Of a stretch of 64,000 nt of DNA, positions 34,821 to 48,205 are shown in pieces. Origin of the DNA: Narcine bancroftii (lineage: Eukaryota); contig NC_091473.1 in NCBI RefSeq assembly GCF_036971445.1, forward strand, positions 211,730,001 to 211,794,000, given 5' to 3'. Position 1 is the first letter of the stretch. Each line of letters opens with the position of its first letter. The translations under genes were made by a program, and so were the position numbers. Below the pieces are notes generated by a model, which was given only the letters and a program-made list of their open reading frames with translations, was not told where the DNA came from and ran no database searches.

Positions 34821-36485
34821 CTATTCGTGATCAGCTTCCATCAAGGCATAGGAACGTGTGTCCATTGCTCGCAGTGGGCAATCCTTTTTAAAGTGCCCTT
34901 CCTTTTTACAACGAAAACAAATGAGGGGTCCCGTTTCCCAATCTTTCCCAAAACTTCTAGGGGGCATACATCGTCCCCGGAATCCTCCTCTACTCCTCCA
35001 TCTGCTGGGGTCTCCACCTCCCCACCCTTGGCTCCCTTCTTTTTGGTGGTGGTCAGCTACTATTCCTTTAACTGTCTGTAATAGAATTTTAGCTTTCCCT
35101 TTTTGTTTATCCTCTGCCCTCTGTACAAATGCTCTCTGAGCAATCTGTAGTAACTGAGTAATTCCTTGCTCATGCCAATTTTCTGTCTTTTGTAACTTTC
35201 TTCGGATGTCTGGGGCTGAGTTGGTAACGAAACCCGTTAGAACCAATTGTTCCCCTGCTGGGGATTCTATGTCGAGACCCCCGTATTGTTGAATTGCCGT
35301 GCGCAGTCGATTGAGAAATGCAGAGGGGGTCTCCTCAGGACCTTGGGGAACCTCAAAGGCTTTTTTAAAGTTTTGTCCTTTGGGGACAGAATCCTTGATT
35401 CCTCTGATCAAATTTATCCTATACTCATCCATCAGTGCGCGGCCAGCACTGGTATTTTTGTCCCAATTAGGTTTTGTGAGAGGGAATTTGGCTTCTCCAG
35501 GGATCGCCTCGTGTCCCCCTTGGTGTTCCTTATCCCATGCTTTGATGCCTGCCTGTCGGATCATTCCCCGCTCATCTAAGGTAAACAAGGTTTTAAATAT
35601 GGCTGTTAATTCCTCCCAAGTATACAAATTTGGTCCCAAAAATTGGTCTAACTGTTCGGCACATCCCTGGGGATCTTCTATCAGGGAGATTAATTCTTTC
35701 TTAAAATTACGTACTTCAGTTCTGGTCAGGGGCACATTTACGAACCCAAGACCTTCTCCTACAGGAACCTCCCGTAGGGGTCGCATCCAGCTAATTTCTG
35801 GTTTCTTTGATTTGTTTTCCTGTTCCCTGAGGAATACATCGCAAGGTTCTGCCATTTCTTCCTGAGGGGTCTCACGCTGTTCGGAGTAACAATGCTCTAC
35901 CTCTACTGTTAACGGGGGTGGTAATCGAGCGCTTTGTGAGCGAGTCACCATACCACTCCGGTTCTCTTCTCTCTTCTCTAGTGGTATGGGAGGAGGAGGG
36001 GGAGGTGCAGAAGGGTAGGCAATAGGAGGGGAAGGAAAGATAGGAGCCGGCATAGGAGGAACATAAGGTGGAGGGAGGGAATGTAACACATCCCAACCCT
36101 GTGGTTCAGGGACAAGAGGTTCCTCCTCTCTCTTATTCCTGAATTCTTTCTCATTCAAAACCAGCTGTTCAATGGATCCCTTGAGCCAGCAGGCTGCATA
36201 TTCCCTGCTCTCAACATTGTCGGGCTGGTTTTGATAGAGCCATAAGTTCAAAGCTTCACACATCCATTCATCCTCGGATCCGAATTTTGGCCAGTACACG
36301 GAGCTCCCTTTAACCGGGTATCTCACCCATTCATTACAACAATACCTGACCATCGTCAGTTTGTCTTTACCGCGGGTCTTTCCTGTGCCCCACTCAGATA
36401 ACATCATCCCAAGCGGGCTGTACGTAGCTATCTGGTGGTCACGTCCTGTGTCAGGACTCTCATCTCTACTGCCCGCTATTCCCAT
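34821..36485 (-). CDS. gag: ERV-B Gag (554 aa)
   Basis: MGIAGS myristoylation consensus, PPPY and PSAP late domains, MHR QGPEETPSAFLNRL, zinc knuckle CFRCKKEGHFKKDC. Ends in TAG-GGG-GGT. Confidence 0.97.
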   Translation of the reverse strand: MGIAGSRDESPDTGRDHQIATYSPLGMMLSEWGTGKTRGKDKLTMVRYCCNEWVRYPVKGSSVYWPKFGSEDEWMCEALNLWLYQNQPDNVESREYAACWLKGSIEQLVLNEKEFRNKREEEPLVPEPQGWDVLHSLPPPYVPPMPAPIFPSPPIAYPSAPPPPPPIPLEKREENRSGMVTRSQSARLPPPLTVEVEHCYSEQRETPQEEMAEPCDVFLREQENKSKKPEISWMRPLREVPVGEGLGFVNVPLTRTEVRNFKKELISLIEDPQGCAEQLDQFLGPNLYTWEELTAIFKTLFTLDERGMIRQAGIKAWDKEHQGGHEAIPGEAKFPLTKPNWDKNTSAGRALMDEYRINLIRGIKDSVPKGQNFKKAFEVPQGPEETPSAFLNRLRTAIQQYGGLDIESPAGEQLVLTGFVTNSAPDIRRKLQKTENWHEQGITQLLQIAQRAFVQRAEDKQKGKAKILLQTVKGIVADHHQKEGSQGWGGGDPSRWRSRGGFRGRCMPPRSFGKDWETGPLICFRCKKEGHFKKDCPLRAMDTRSYALMEADHE

Positions 36486-36689
36486 ACTTAGGAACAAGTA
36501 AAATACTCTTACCGAGTTCTGGCAGTACTGCTCTAGCGCGCGTCCTTCCGCCGTTTGTTCTCATTGCCTCTTCTCGGATATCACTCGCTTCTTCCACTGA
36601 CCAGCCACCCGTCGCCCGTGAGTCCAGCTGAATCAGCCGGGGTGCACCTACTCTCGTCGTCGGGGCACTCTGTCAGTGGAGGGAGTGTG

Positions 36690-36707
36690 ATCCCGGACGA
36701 GCCCCCA
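36690..36707 (-). other. Primer binding site, tRNA-Pro
   Basis: TGGGGGCTCGTCCGGGAT, 2 nt from the 5' LTR. Confidence 0.95.
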
Positions 36708-36709
36708 TT

Positions 36710-37399
36710 TGTTAGGAATTAAAGTACCTTTAAAGAAATTGCTCGAGACAAAAATTGAGAACAAAGAACATTTATTACTACAACAATGCAAAGTTGGGTG
36801 CTTCCCCTTACCCTGGGAATACACACACATACTGGGGCTCACCCAACTTTTATACAGTCAATTTCAGCATCAGAATGCCCTCCCCCCTTACATTCTTCTG
36901 CCCCCTGGATGGGTTTGGCATAGGCAATTCTTCCTGCCTACGTGCAACTTCAGTATACTTGGAGGACCAGGGGGTATCCTGTCGGTGTCCCTTCATGTTA
37001 TTGTCCTTATTCACACCTTCCTGATTCTCGGGGCTACAGTCTCTTGATATGCAGAGTTGACTCATTCTATCTAGGGTTGGCTAATTTCATATGTATAAAT
37101 CTGTGTATGGTTAGCTAATTAGAAATGTATGACTTGGTACTTCTGTCCAGGGCTAGGAGACCCTTATCTGATCCAGACTACCTCAACTTCCTACATTCTA
37201 TTGTACCTTACCATTCCTTATCTTAGTCCTATGGTCTTGTCACAAAGGATAGAAGATTCTTATGTTAATCGTGCTGACTCTGCTTTCCTGCATCCTAAGC
37301 CCCAAACTTATCCTGTTTGAACTGGTTTCAGCCATTTTACTGATGAACTTTAGTTTCTTCAATGTTCATAATTTTAGGTCAATTTTCCCATCTCTCACA
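36710..37399 (-). repeat. ERV-B 5' LTR
   Basis: Adjacent to the PBS; TATA (tataaaa) and AATAAA on the minus strand. Confidence 0.97.
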
Positions 37400-38119
37400 T
37401 TATGGTTCCTTTTTTATAACCACTAGTTAAATCTCCATCAGCTATTCTTACTTTATAAAATGAAGACTTCTACATTAAACCATCACAGAGGCCATTTTAT
37501 CCCTATTTTCCCTATTCCTACTGGGGATCCACAATCCCTTCCTTTACCCAATAAGAACAATAAAAATAAATTACAGAACATAAAACAAAGATTTAATCTC
37601 AGTCTCTCATTTCCATGTCATCTGCAAGGTGCTGTTCGTGCCGTCCTCTCCTTCCTTCTCCTTCTCTTCCTCCCTGGCTGATGGAAATCTCCGACAGTGG
37701 TTGAGATGAATCTTGATCTCAGCGGGTGTTGATAAGATCACCTGGAATTGTCAGATTTGCCTAAGTTGTTCTTACTGCCTCTTAAACGTCTTCACGTACA
37801 TCCAGTGTCTGGGGTTCACTACCAGCCCAGTCTTTCAGTGGAGATCCCTGTGCTTCTTGTACTTGGAAATGAACAGATCTGAGAAAAGTTGGTCTTTTAA
37901 AGCACCTTCCTAATTTTCCTTCTGTCACTTCTAAGCTTACCTCGTTGCTGCTGGGCTTAGTCATTGACATTGATCTCACCCTTCCTGTAATCATTCTCAT
38001 GCAGTGTTAAATAGGTACACGTATTTCTACTATTTCCCATGGCCATGAGTGCCAATGGTAAATATTGTACCCAATTTAACCTGCTGTGTCTGCAGAGCTT
38101 TGCCACTTTAGCTTTCAAT

Positions 38120-38325
38120 CCACCATAATGAATGTTGATTTTTGGGTTTTCAAAAGGCCTTTGACAAAGTGCAACCCATAAGGCTGCAAAACAGGATGAG
38201 AGGCTATGAAATTACAGGAAGGATACTAACATTGGCTGATCGGCAAGAAACAGAGAGTAGGAATAAAGGAATCCTTTATTCTGTGGTGTTCCACAGGAGT
38301 CAATGTTGGGGCTGTTTCTCTTTAG
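38120..38325 (+). mobile_element. CR1 RT fragment
   Basis: GFQKAFDKV...GYEITGRILT motif. Confidence 0.65.
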
Positions 38326-38898
38326 GCTGTACAGGTCCTCCCTAACATGCGTCCCTGTTCCGCTCTGGTTGACCAGTTGTATCTCGGAATGGATGTATGT
38401 TGGAATGGCATACTTTCCTTGTTGCCATCTTGATTCCTGTGTACATGCACGAGTCTTTGATAAGAACATGCATGGTGTGTTTGCGTTTTGGAGTTCGGTA
38501 GGCACATGCATGGTGGGTTTGCGTATTGGAGTTCAGTTGGCACATGCGTGAGAGTTAAGTACCCTGATGATACTGAATTTGCGCCCTTAGATCATCATGT
38601 GTTCACTAAAATGTGGTTCAAAAAGCTAGACCCCATATAACAGTAAATCCTGGTTTCATAATGTTCTTTCCTCTCGAATGTTAGTTTCCTCCCCTCCTTT
38701 CCATCAAAACATATTACGCTTGTTTCTCTGTGCTAAATTTCACCCTCCATGTGTCTACCTGTCTGTGGTGGTACCCCTTGCAGTTCAGGACATTGCCACG
38801 GTTTGTCGTGTTGCTGGCCATGCCTCCAGGGTTTGTCCTGGAACATTGGCTGCAGAGAATGTCTTTCTTCCTCTCACTCCACCATCTCCTCTTCACAG

Positions 38899-40915
38899 CA
38901 CACATGTCAAACTCTGGCCTGCGGGCCAAATTTGGCCCGCGATATAATTATATTTGGCCCGCAAGATCATATTAAATATATATTAGAGTTGGCCCGCTGG
39001 CCGCCGCGTCAGTATAGCGCATGCACACTGAAGGTGAAAATGAAGACGCCGGAGATGTGGAGGGATCTCAGAGTCCTGAATCCCGGGGATTGGAGCGCCG
39101 CACTCAGCCCGCCCAGCTCCCGGACACACAGACGCGGCTGGAGTTGGGGACCATCCTCGCTGGGTCTGCGCTTCAGCGGAGACGCCGGACCGAACGTCTC
39201 ATTGGCGATGCCTTCCCCTTCGCTCCGTGCGCGGCGGACCCTGCCTCCCGCTCCTTTTGTTGGAGATGAGCCCGGCGCCGTGCGATCGCAGTTTAATCCC
39301 TCTCCAACTATGGGAGGGGGGGTGGGAGCAACGCGCTCTTCTCAGCCAATTCCTCCACCGCCCCGGACGCCGGCATTTCAACGGGGGGTTCTGGTGCCTT
39401 CGTCAGGCGACCAACCTGTTGGTCCAAGACAAGGGGAGAGCGTACAAACTCCACACAGACAGCACCTGAACTCGGGTGAACGTGGAGCTGCGACCCCACA
39501 TTCCACATCAGGACTGTGTGTAAGATTGGTAGCAGTGAGACAGAAGCTTATTTTGTTCCTGTGATTTAAGCCTTTCTTGGGGTGGGGGGGCTCCTTCTCT
39601 GACCACTTGCCTAACAATTAACCTAATCAGATGTGGAGTTACCACAATACAACAGTTCTCAACCTTTTTCTTTCCACTCGCGTCCTTGTGCCATTGGTGC
39701 TCTGTGATTAGTAAAGGATTGCTTAAGGTGGTCTGTGGGTGGGAAGAAAAAGTTTGAAGACCACAGCTTTAATCATCCCTCATTGACTCGTCATGTGCAC
39801 AGTTTTCAGAACGCTAAAAGAAATGGGCCAATGACAATTTTTCTCAAGCAAAATATTTCAGTGACAATTGGGTCTAGAGCAGTGATTCTCACCCTTTCCT
39901 TCCCACTCACATCCCACCTTAAGCAATCCCTTACTAATTACAGAGTTCCAATGGCATAGGGCACACATGTTAAACTCTGGCCCACAAGATCATTTCAAAA
40001 ATGTATTAGAGGTGGGCCGCTGCGCCAGTATAGCGCATGCACAGTAATACAACAAATCCCAGAATGCATTGGTGTCAGCCTGCTAATCGCCCCCACCTCC
40101 TCTGTTTACGTTGCAGGGTCTCACCGTGGACTCTGGTTTTGGGGCCTGGCCGGTGTCAGGGGAAGCCAAGGCCGCTTCCCAGTGCCCGGAACCGGAGGCC
40201 TCAGGCCTGACCTCGCCAGGACCGTTGCCTCCCTGCCGCAGGCCGATCCGCGACTCACTGATCCGCCGAGATGCCGCCCTGCAGCAAGAGCCGATGCCCC
40301 CGCACTGTCGTTGTCCAACCCGATCGTCCGCAAACCCCGCCCTCTCGCACACAGGCCTGAGTAAGTATTATGAACTTTAATCTCAGGATAAAATGATCTT
40401 CCAATAGTTTCATGTCACAGTGATAAATATATTCCTGGTTAAAAATGGTCCTGCACCTGGATACAAGCTCATTAGGCATAAAACTTGAAAAGTGTGTAAA
40501 TCAAAGGATATCTGTATCAATGGAAAAAGGCCATGGCAATTAACCCTGCTAGAGTTCATGCCCACAATCAGTCACCCATTTGATTGTTTCAGGAATCATG
40601 TTATTCTCCCACATTCTCAATAGCCCTCAGATTTTACTGTTCGACAGCACACTAGCAACATTTGACAAATCCTCTATAGAGAAATATTATTTATTGAATA
40701 TTTTATTTCTCATTTGTTAATGCTTCTGGAAAGAGTTTATCCAAAACTATTATTGAACATTTATTTTAATAAGAAAAAATTTAACATTACATATGTTGAA
40801 AGAAGAGAAAATATGCAGATGTGGTTGAAAATTTTCAATAAATATTTAGTTCAGCCCTCGACTTAGTCCAAGTTTTTAATTTTGTCCCTCTGTGAATTTG
40901 AGTTTGACACCCCTG
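38899..40915. mobile_element. Composite non-autonomous hAT element
   Basis: Ends cacacatgtcaaactc / gagtttgacacccctg. 8-bp TSD cttcacag/cttcgcag. Empty site in unit 2 at 63613-63620. A second left end at 39962 and other hAT-like termini at 39652-39960. Confidence 0.85.
39380..39500 (-). mobile_element. V-SINE-like fragment
   Basis: Minus strand gtctgtgtggagtttgtacgctctcccc resembles the V-SINE core. Confidence 0.6.
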
Positions 40916-42083
40916 CTTCGCAGGGTTAAGCAAGTGGTGCATGTCCAGGTGGGAAGCACATGGAGTAGGCACAGCTGATATCTAATGTGTATTAAAGCCT
41001 TTCTTTACTCACTCAGTCTTTGGAGTCATTTGTGCCAGGGTTATTCGTAGAGATCTCTGGTTCAACATGAAGGGGTGGGATTCAACCCAAACCCATCCAT
41101 GACCAGGGAGTTGGATTCATTCTCAACCTAAATCCAGGGAAAATCACACGAGTTTGGGAATCCAATCAGCAGCTGGCATTTTCTGGGAATGTGTGGGATT
41201 CCCTGTGGATTCTTTCTCCTCCTGTGTCCCAGACCCATTCATCACTCTCACCTACCAATCCAAGGCAGAGTTGGAATTCAGGAGGTCTTCCATATCAGTT
41301 CTGAGGTCTGTGGTTAAAATGTACTGGTCTCTTGTTTTACGTGAAAGTCGTTTAAGAGATAATGCGGATCACAATGAGACCGGGACCAGCACCAGCCTCA
41401 GAGAGTTTAACAGTGTCTGAGCTGGGGAAACCACAAAGAACTCCCGAGAATCCGCACTCCAGACGAGTAAACCGGTGCTGGGAACTGTGCTCCCGTCTAC
41501 TGTTTGTGCTGAGAAGGTGCGGAGGGGAACATTGTATCGAGAGACTGTGTTCAAGGGGCGGTGTCTTTGACTGGAGTCTCTGTGTTTGTGGATCCGATCT
41601 TAGCGCCGGATTTGCCGGCCCCTCCTGTGAAAGTTGACAAGATTTCCCTGTCATGGGATAGCGCCGACCCCCAGCTCAGTTCTGAAGTGGGAATGAACGA
41701 CAAAGTTTTGGTTAGTTTTAATATTTCTGTCGGAAAGCAGGAAACATGTCAGTGATTGGGGGAGAGAACGCGGTCGGTGCTGCAATGAAACAGGTTTAAA
41801 CGGGAAGTGTCTCATTGAATTCGGATCAAAATCCCTTGACAACAAACATTTCGTCCTCAGTGACGGTCTTGGGTGAGTCCGGGACTCCGGGGTTTCCGAT
41901 TTTAATAGGAATGGAAGAATTTTGGAGGGTACAGAAACACAGAGAGGCGGTGGTGGCGGGAGCTGACAGCAGGATGTCTCCGCACCGTCCGCTCGCTGCC
42001 TTTAAGTTGCTCTGTGCTGCCGCCTCCCGCTTCATTTCTCACTCAGTTCTGAAACTCGGAGAGAAATTGTGAGAGTCGCCGAC

Positions 42084-42746
42084 ATGACCGAGACCGCAGT
42101 GGCAGAAGCGGCTCCTCCTGCCCCTTCCGCTGCTCAAACCAAGTCTCCTAAGAAGAAGAAGGCGGCTGCCCGGCTCAAGCCAACCGGTCCCAGGCTGGGC
42201 GATCAGATCGACAAGATTGTGGCGGATTGCCGCGAGCGCGGGGGAATGTCCTACTTCGCCATAAAGAAGGCTCTGTCCGCTGGCGGTGTCGATGTGCACA
42301 AGTCCGCCTCGCACATCAAGACGAGCATCAAGAGGAAATTGGACAGCGGCCTCCTGGTTCAATGCAAAGGCTCGGGCTTGTCGGGTCACTTCAAGGCCGG
42401 GAAGAAAGAAAGAACATTGACATTGGCAAAGAAAGCGAAGAAACCAGCGGCAACGGCGTCGAAGTCCAGGAAGTCGGTGGCAAAGAAATCTTCGGCCAAA
42501 AGGTCAGTCACCAAGAAACCTCCCTCCAAGAAACCCGCGGCCAAGAAATCTCCCAGCAAGAAACACGGCGCCAAGAAGCCAGCGGCTAAAAAGACGGCGG
42601 CCAAGAAGCCAGTGGCCAAGAAGGCGACCACGAAGAAGCTCAAGAGCCCCCCGAAGGCCAAAGTCACCAAGGTGAAGGAGAACAAAAAGGTTGCAAAATC
42701 CAGGGCCCGGCCGAAATCTAAACCCAAGGCAGCGGCCAAGAAGTGA
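42084..42746 (+). CDS. H1: Linker histone H1 (220 aa), paralog of 14497-15159
   Basis: Same length, ~19 aa differences, stem-loop downstream. Confidence 0.95.
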   Translation: MTETAVAEAAPPAPSAAQTKSPKKKKAAARLKPTGPRLGDQIDKIVADCRERGGMSYFAIKKALSAGGVDVHKSASHIKTSIKRKLDSGLLVQCKGSGLSGHFKAGKKERTLTLAKKAKKPAATASKSRKSVAKKSSAKRSVTKKPPSKKPAAKKSPSKKHGAKKPAAKKTAAKKPVAKKATTKKLKSPPKAKVTKVKENKKVAKSRARPKSKPKAAAKK

Positions 42747-42782
42747 AAGAAAAAGCTCAATGTGTAAAGTCCTGACCCCAAC

Positions 42783-42798
42783 GGCTCTTCTCAGAGCC
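42783..42798 (+). terminator. Histone 3' stem-loop (H1, unit 2)
   Basis: GGCTCT-TCTC-AGAGCC followed by ACCCA. Confidence 0.92.
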
Positions 42799-43470
42799 AC
42801 CCACATCCCTCAGTGAAGAGCTGCTACCCAGTCACGTCATTCCTGTCCCGGGAACACGTTCATATTCCAGCGGGGAATCAATTCACGCGAAGCCGGGTAA
42901 TTCCACCACATTCTCTGCACCCGCCCGGTCCCCAGTGTCCAAACAAAACCCAGAGAACGGGGTGTCCGGGACAGGCCTCACTCGGTCTCCTTAAATGCTT
43001 CCAAGCCTCAGATTTCTGAAAAGGAGGGGATGAAGGGTTACGGGAAAATGGTGCCAAGTCCAAATGCGGATTAGCTCTGATCTGATTGAATAGCGTAGCA
43101 GTATCGACGGGCCGAATAGCCGTCTCCTGCTCCTAATTTTAATGTACCCTTGACTCCTTACCATTTTAACGAAGAGGCAGCGCTTCAGCGGGAATATCAC
43201 CGTCAGTTCATTGTCACGGCGCTTATTTAAAGAATTTCAGAAAATCGGAAAAAATGTAACCCCGTGTGTGTTGTTCGCGGTCGCTGTTTCTGTTCTGCTA
43301 ATAACGTTTGGAAATTAGCGATTTCCGGGGCCGGGGCGGAAGATGAGAGGCCGCTCTCTGCCCTGTCTGTCACTCTGACTCTGTCTCCTCCACTCCCCTT
43401 CACTGCGCGTCCTCAGCCAGGTCGGGGCGCTGTGTATAAAAGGGGCCGGCAGCAGTGGGGCTGTCATTGA

Positions 43471-43806
<336 letters not shown>

Positions 43807-43837
43807 ACTCCGTCCTTTCTCCACACAACAAAACAAA

Positions 43838-43853
43838 GGCTCTTCTAAGAGCC
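43838..43853 (+). terminator. Histone 3' stem-loop (H4, unit 2)
   Basis: GGCTCT-TCTA-AGAGCC. Confidence 0.92.
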
Positions 43854-44552
43854 GCCCAACGCCTCACAGAGGGAGTTACTGCAACGGGCACGAATTGGGA
43901 TGAAAATATTAACTTCTTTAAAATTTTGAATTCAGTTATAATAATTCATGATTAGGGCTTGTCTGAGGAATGCGGAGATTATATGTCGACATTTATGGTG
44001 GATTTAAAGAAAGGTGTGATCTCCAGCTGATGTTTCCCTCGGGGCGATCTCCGCTCTCTGACTCGCACAACTCTTGATAATGCGGTGTCGTTAAAACGGC
44101 CTGGAAACTCCCTCCCGGGAACGGTCGTTTTTCTCCAGCCTCCGCCAGAGCTGAATTCCATCCGCTTCAGCAGTGGTTCAGTCCATCCGCAGCCCAATTT
44201 CAGACACACTGGAGGAATGAGGAAATTCACTGATATTTAAAATGATATGAGTGACAATCAGGGAGAACCGGTTTCCATCAAACGATTCTCCAAAATTAGC
44301 GGGCTATTTGAAAATAAACGATAGCCAATTGCATTGCAGCCTCTGTGTGCGTCTCTCTCTCTCTCTCTCTCTCAGGTCTGAAACGGCCCTGTGAGCCATA
44401 TGATGATGGAGCCAATCACAGCCCTGGAAAACGATGATTGCCATCTCTGCTCCAGCCATTCAGAGCGATGGGGCGGATCTTCACCAACTGTTTATAAGTC
44501 GGAGCCTGAGCCGGTTTCATCATTCCAGTCCTGTGTCTGATTGCACTATTGA

Positions 44553-44969
<417 letters not shown>

Positions 44970-44997
44970 ACCCGGCCTCGGCACCAAGTACCAAAAA

Positions 44998-45013
44998 GGC
45001 TCTTTTTAGAGCC
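44998..45013 (+). terminator. Histone 3' stem-loop (H3, unit 2)
   Basis: GGCTCT-TTTT-AGAGCC. Confidence 0.92.
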
Positions 45014-45297
45014 ACAGACCTTGCAGATTAGAGTTGTGACTCCCTGATTTAGATGCGTTCTGTTAAAACGCTGCAGTCGTTCCTGCGGCTCCGCGTAGTT
45101 TGAGCTTTGGTATGAAAACCCCAATACTTTCAGCTCCTCACCATTCTCCGTTGAATTCGGTCCTGAAACTCGCATATAATGATTTATTATAATTTCATAC
45201 TGTTCTTTCGCCGCGCTCTCTTCATCCCAGTCAACCCTTCCATAGACATTGAGTGGTTCTGAAAAAGCATTTGGTCACTAGGTTCCTTCGATCCGCT

Positions 45298-45395
45298 TCA
45301 CTTATTTTTAGGCAACAGCACCCGCCCTGAGCGATGGTCACCCTCCCAGCAACCTGTTGAGCTCTCAGTCTTTACGGACGGACAACTACAGGTGT
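45298..45395 (-). pseudogene. H2A: Histone H2A pseudogene fragment (unit 2)
   Basis: Minus strand ctcaacaggttgctgggagggtgaccatcgctcagggcggggtg; same 5' truncation point as unit 1. Confidence 0.85.
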
Positions 45396-47607
45396 ATGCA
45401 GTGTGAGATGGTGGGGTCATTCTCTACCTCACCTCTGGACACAATTTGATAGAGGGGCATCATTCTGTACCTGTGACCTCTGGTTAGCGTGTGCGGGCGG
45501 ACAAGAAGTTCAAACGGTTTAAAAGGTGATAATCCTGCAGTGTTCATACTAAACGCTGAACTTTATTTACACACGACACAAATATGCAACACACATACCC
45601 ACATGGACACCTGTAATGCCCTGATAGAAGTGAACTAAACTGTATCCATGTTATTTCGGCGCTTCCGTGTATTTACTTCAGGTCCAGCGGCTGCAGTTGC
45701 TTGTATTTCTCTGATTGACACCCGTCCGCACGCTGCAGCTGTCAATCTGTTCAAAGAGCGCGGCTAACGGAAACGGGTGACTATTAGGAGCTGTTGTATG
45801 TGACGTCATTTCCTGCTGCCCACCAGTCTCCATTTTGAAGCGGAGTCAATGCCTATCGTGCATTCTTGTCCTTCAGGTTCCACTTCCAGGATTGTGTGTT
45901 CTTCCCCACCACCTCACTCTGTCCTCACTCGGCTTCCGGACTCCACAGGTTTCCGCCTCTGCCGTTTTTGCACCCACACACAGCCATGCTATGGGGATCA
46001 GGAGGAGCACTAGCAGGGCTCCCCAGGGTCCTAAGTAATCAGTGAGCTAGTCACCAGGGAATGATTTTCCTGCATTTTTAAATGGGCCGAATGTATCTCA
46101 TTGTTTGCAAATCATTGATTTCATTTGAAATGTTATCTTCTCAATCTGGAATCGGCGTCAACACCTGTCAAATTTAGTTGTTTTTTTAATTATATGATTG
46201 AGCACTGAGGACTGCAGTGGAACAGGGATCTCGGAATTCAGATACATAATTCGCTGAAAGTATTGTCACAAGTGGATTAGGTTGTAATCTCTTTTGATCC
46301 ATTGGGATCTCTTTTGGAGAAGGCATGACCTTTACAAGAAGGATGGGTTACACCTAAACCCAAAAGGGATCAATATATTGGCAGCTAGGTTTGGTACAGC
46401 CGTCGGATGTGGTTTAAACTAATTTGGCAGGGGGGTGGGAATCTGTATGATAAGGCAAAGGACAGATAAGATAAAATAGGAAAAGTTGGGTTAGGCAGCG
46501 AAAGTAAAAAAAATCAGAACGAGCAAGGAGGGTGAGAAAAGCAAATCTGAAGGCTTTATATCTTAATGCAAGAAGCATTCGGAACAAGGTAGATGAATTG
46601 GCTGTGGAAATTGAGACAAACATATACGATTTGATTGGGATTACAGAAACATGGTTGCAAGGTGGGCAAGCCTGGGAACTTAACATCCTGGGGTATACAA
46701 TATTTAGGAGGGATCGGCAAGAAAGAAAATGGGGTGGGGTAGCATTGATGGTGAGAGAAGGGACCGACACAATTGACAGGAAGGATATTAACTCGGAAGA
46801 TGCGAAATCTATATAGTGTTGGAATCTAGGGGTTAAAACAGTATGAAATAAATGATTAATCAATAAGTTTATTTGTACTGCATGAGTCAGGGAAAGAGGA
46901 ATGTGGCTAAGTGGCTGTCACAGCATGGAGCAAAGTTGGCTGAACAAAATTGGCTGCTCCCAAGATACAGGGAGAGGATATGCATAAAACGATTTAGGAG
47001 GAATGCTCAACTGAAGGAGGTGGGAAGTAGCACAGGAGACACAGGCCAGATCAGAACAAAGAATGGCCCGCAAGAATCAAAGGGAATGGAAAACCAGTCT
47101 AGGAGGAAGATTAAGGCACGAGGAGGTGTTAAAGAGAACAGCAGAAATTGGCCAGACAGGGACCGAATGGTGATTAGAAATATCTGGGGATGAATTAATT
47201 TCAGATCTAAACAACAGGATAGTCTGGCCTGGAGGATTAACATGGGAATGCTACACCCCAGAAATCTGCAAAACAGGAGATGACTTGTGATAACCCTTAT
47301 GCAAAAAGATCTAGCAGGGAAAACAACTTTTGTTCTGTGTGATAAGATTGACCTATATAAACTGTGCCAACTGGACAATAGGGGTCAGTCTCGGGGAGTA
47401 GCTCACTGGCAGGTGACCTATGAACTAACAGACTGACCCAGAGCTCTGTTAAGTTTTATTCTTGTGCTGTGCTGTGCTGTGTGGTGTAATAAACTGACTG
47501 TTGAACCGAATACCTTCTCCTATCACTTCATTCAACGAACGCGCTGGACTCAGTTCACACATAGACTAAATTAAGAGTAAATAAATTAAAGCCAGAGTCC
47601 AACAATT

Positions 47608-47625
47608 TGGTGACCCCGACGTGAT
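47608..47625 (+). other. Primer binding site, tRNA-Trp
   Basis: TGGTGACCCCGACGTGAT. Confidence 0.95.
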
Positions 47626-47819
47626 GAAGATGGAGAAGTGACGGAAGAAAAGATACGAAACACCGGTCGATTGTGGTGTGATAATAACAACAAGTGACCA
47701 TTCAACAGAGTGAGGTAAACAGACGCCTGTTCAAACGAAGTTCTGCTATTGGCAAAGATAAAATTGTGTGTTGTCACTACTCTGCAAAAGACCTAGTTAA
47801 AGACAAGAATAAAACAAAA

Positions 47820-48205
47820 GGAGGTTGGAATCCCTCTACGGAGGTTGAGGTCCCTCTAGGAAAAGGAGATTGGAATCCCTCTACGGAGGTTGAGGTCCCT
47901 CTAGGAAAAGGAGGTTGGAATCCCTCTACGGAGGTTGAGGTCCCTCTAGGAAAAGGAGGTTGGAATCCCTCTACGGAGGTTGAGGTCCCTCTAGGAAAAG
48001 GAGGTTGGAATCCCTCTACGGAGGTTGAGGTCCCTCTAGGAAAAGGAGGTTGGAATCCCTCTACGGAGGTTGAGGTCCCTCTAGGAAAAGGAGGTTGGAA
48101 TCCCTCTACGGAGGTTGAGGTCCCTCTAGGAAAAGAAGGTTGGAATCCCTCTAAGGAGGTTGAGGTCCGGTTGGAATCCCTCTAAGGAGGTTGAGGTCCC
48201 TCTAG
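47820..48205 (+). repeat. 45-bp tandem array (~8 copies) in the ERV-C leader
   Basis: Unit gaggttggaatccctctacggaggttgaggtccctctaggaaaag, itself made of two related half-units. Confidence 0.96.

Larger units (their letters stand above)
28579..37399 (-). mobile_element. ERV-B: very young class I (gamma-like) provirus, intact gag-pol, disrupted env
   Basis: 690-bp LTRs at 28579-29268 and 36710-37399 with no difference found by eye. TSD ttat/ttat. Perfect tRNA-Pro PBS. PPT adjacent to the 3' LTR. Confidence 0.98.

Noticed and set aside
19981-37320. Recurrent ORFs in LTRs (e.g. 28578-28916, 36709-37047, 25137-25409)
   Set aside because: They recur only because the LTRs are repeated; they are antisense and frames differ among ERV-A, ERV-B and the solo LTR.
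38553-38600. ctgatga as a hammerhead core or C/D-box snoRNA
   Set aside because: No matching GAAA with a stem II, and no convincing terminal stem.
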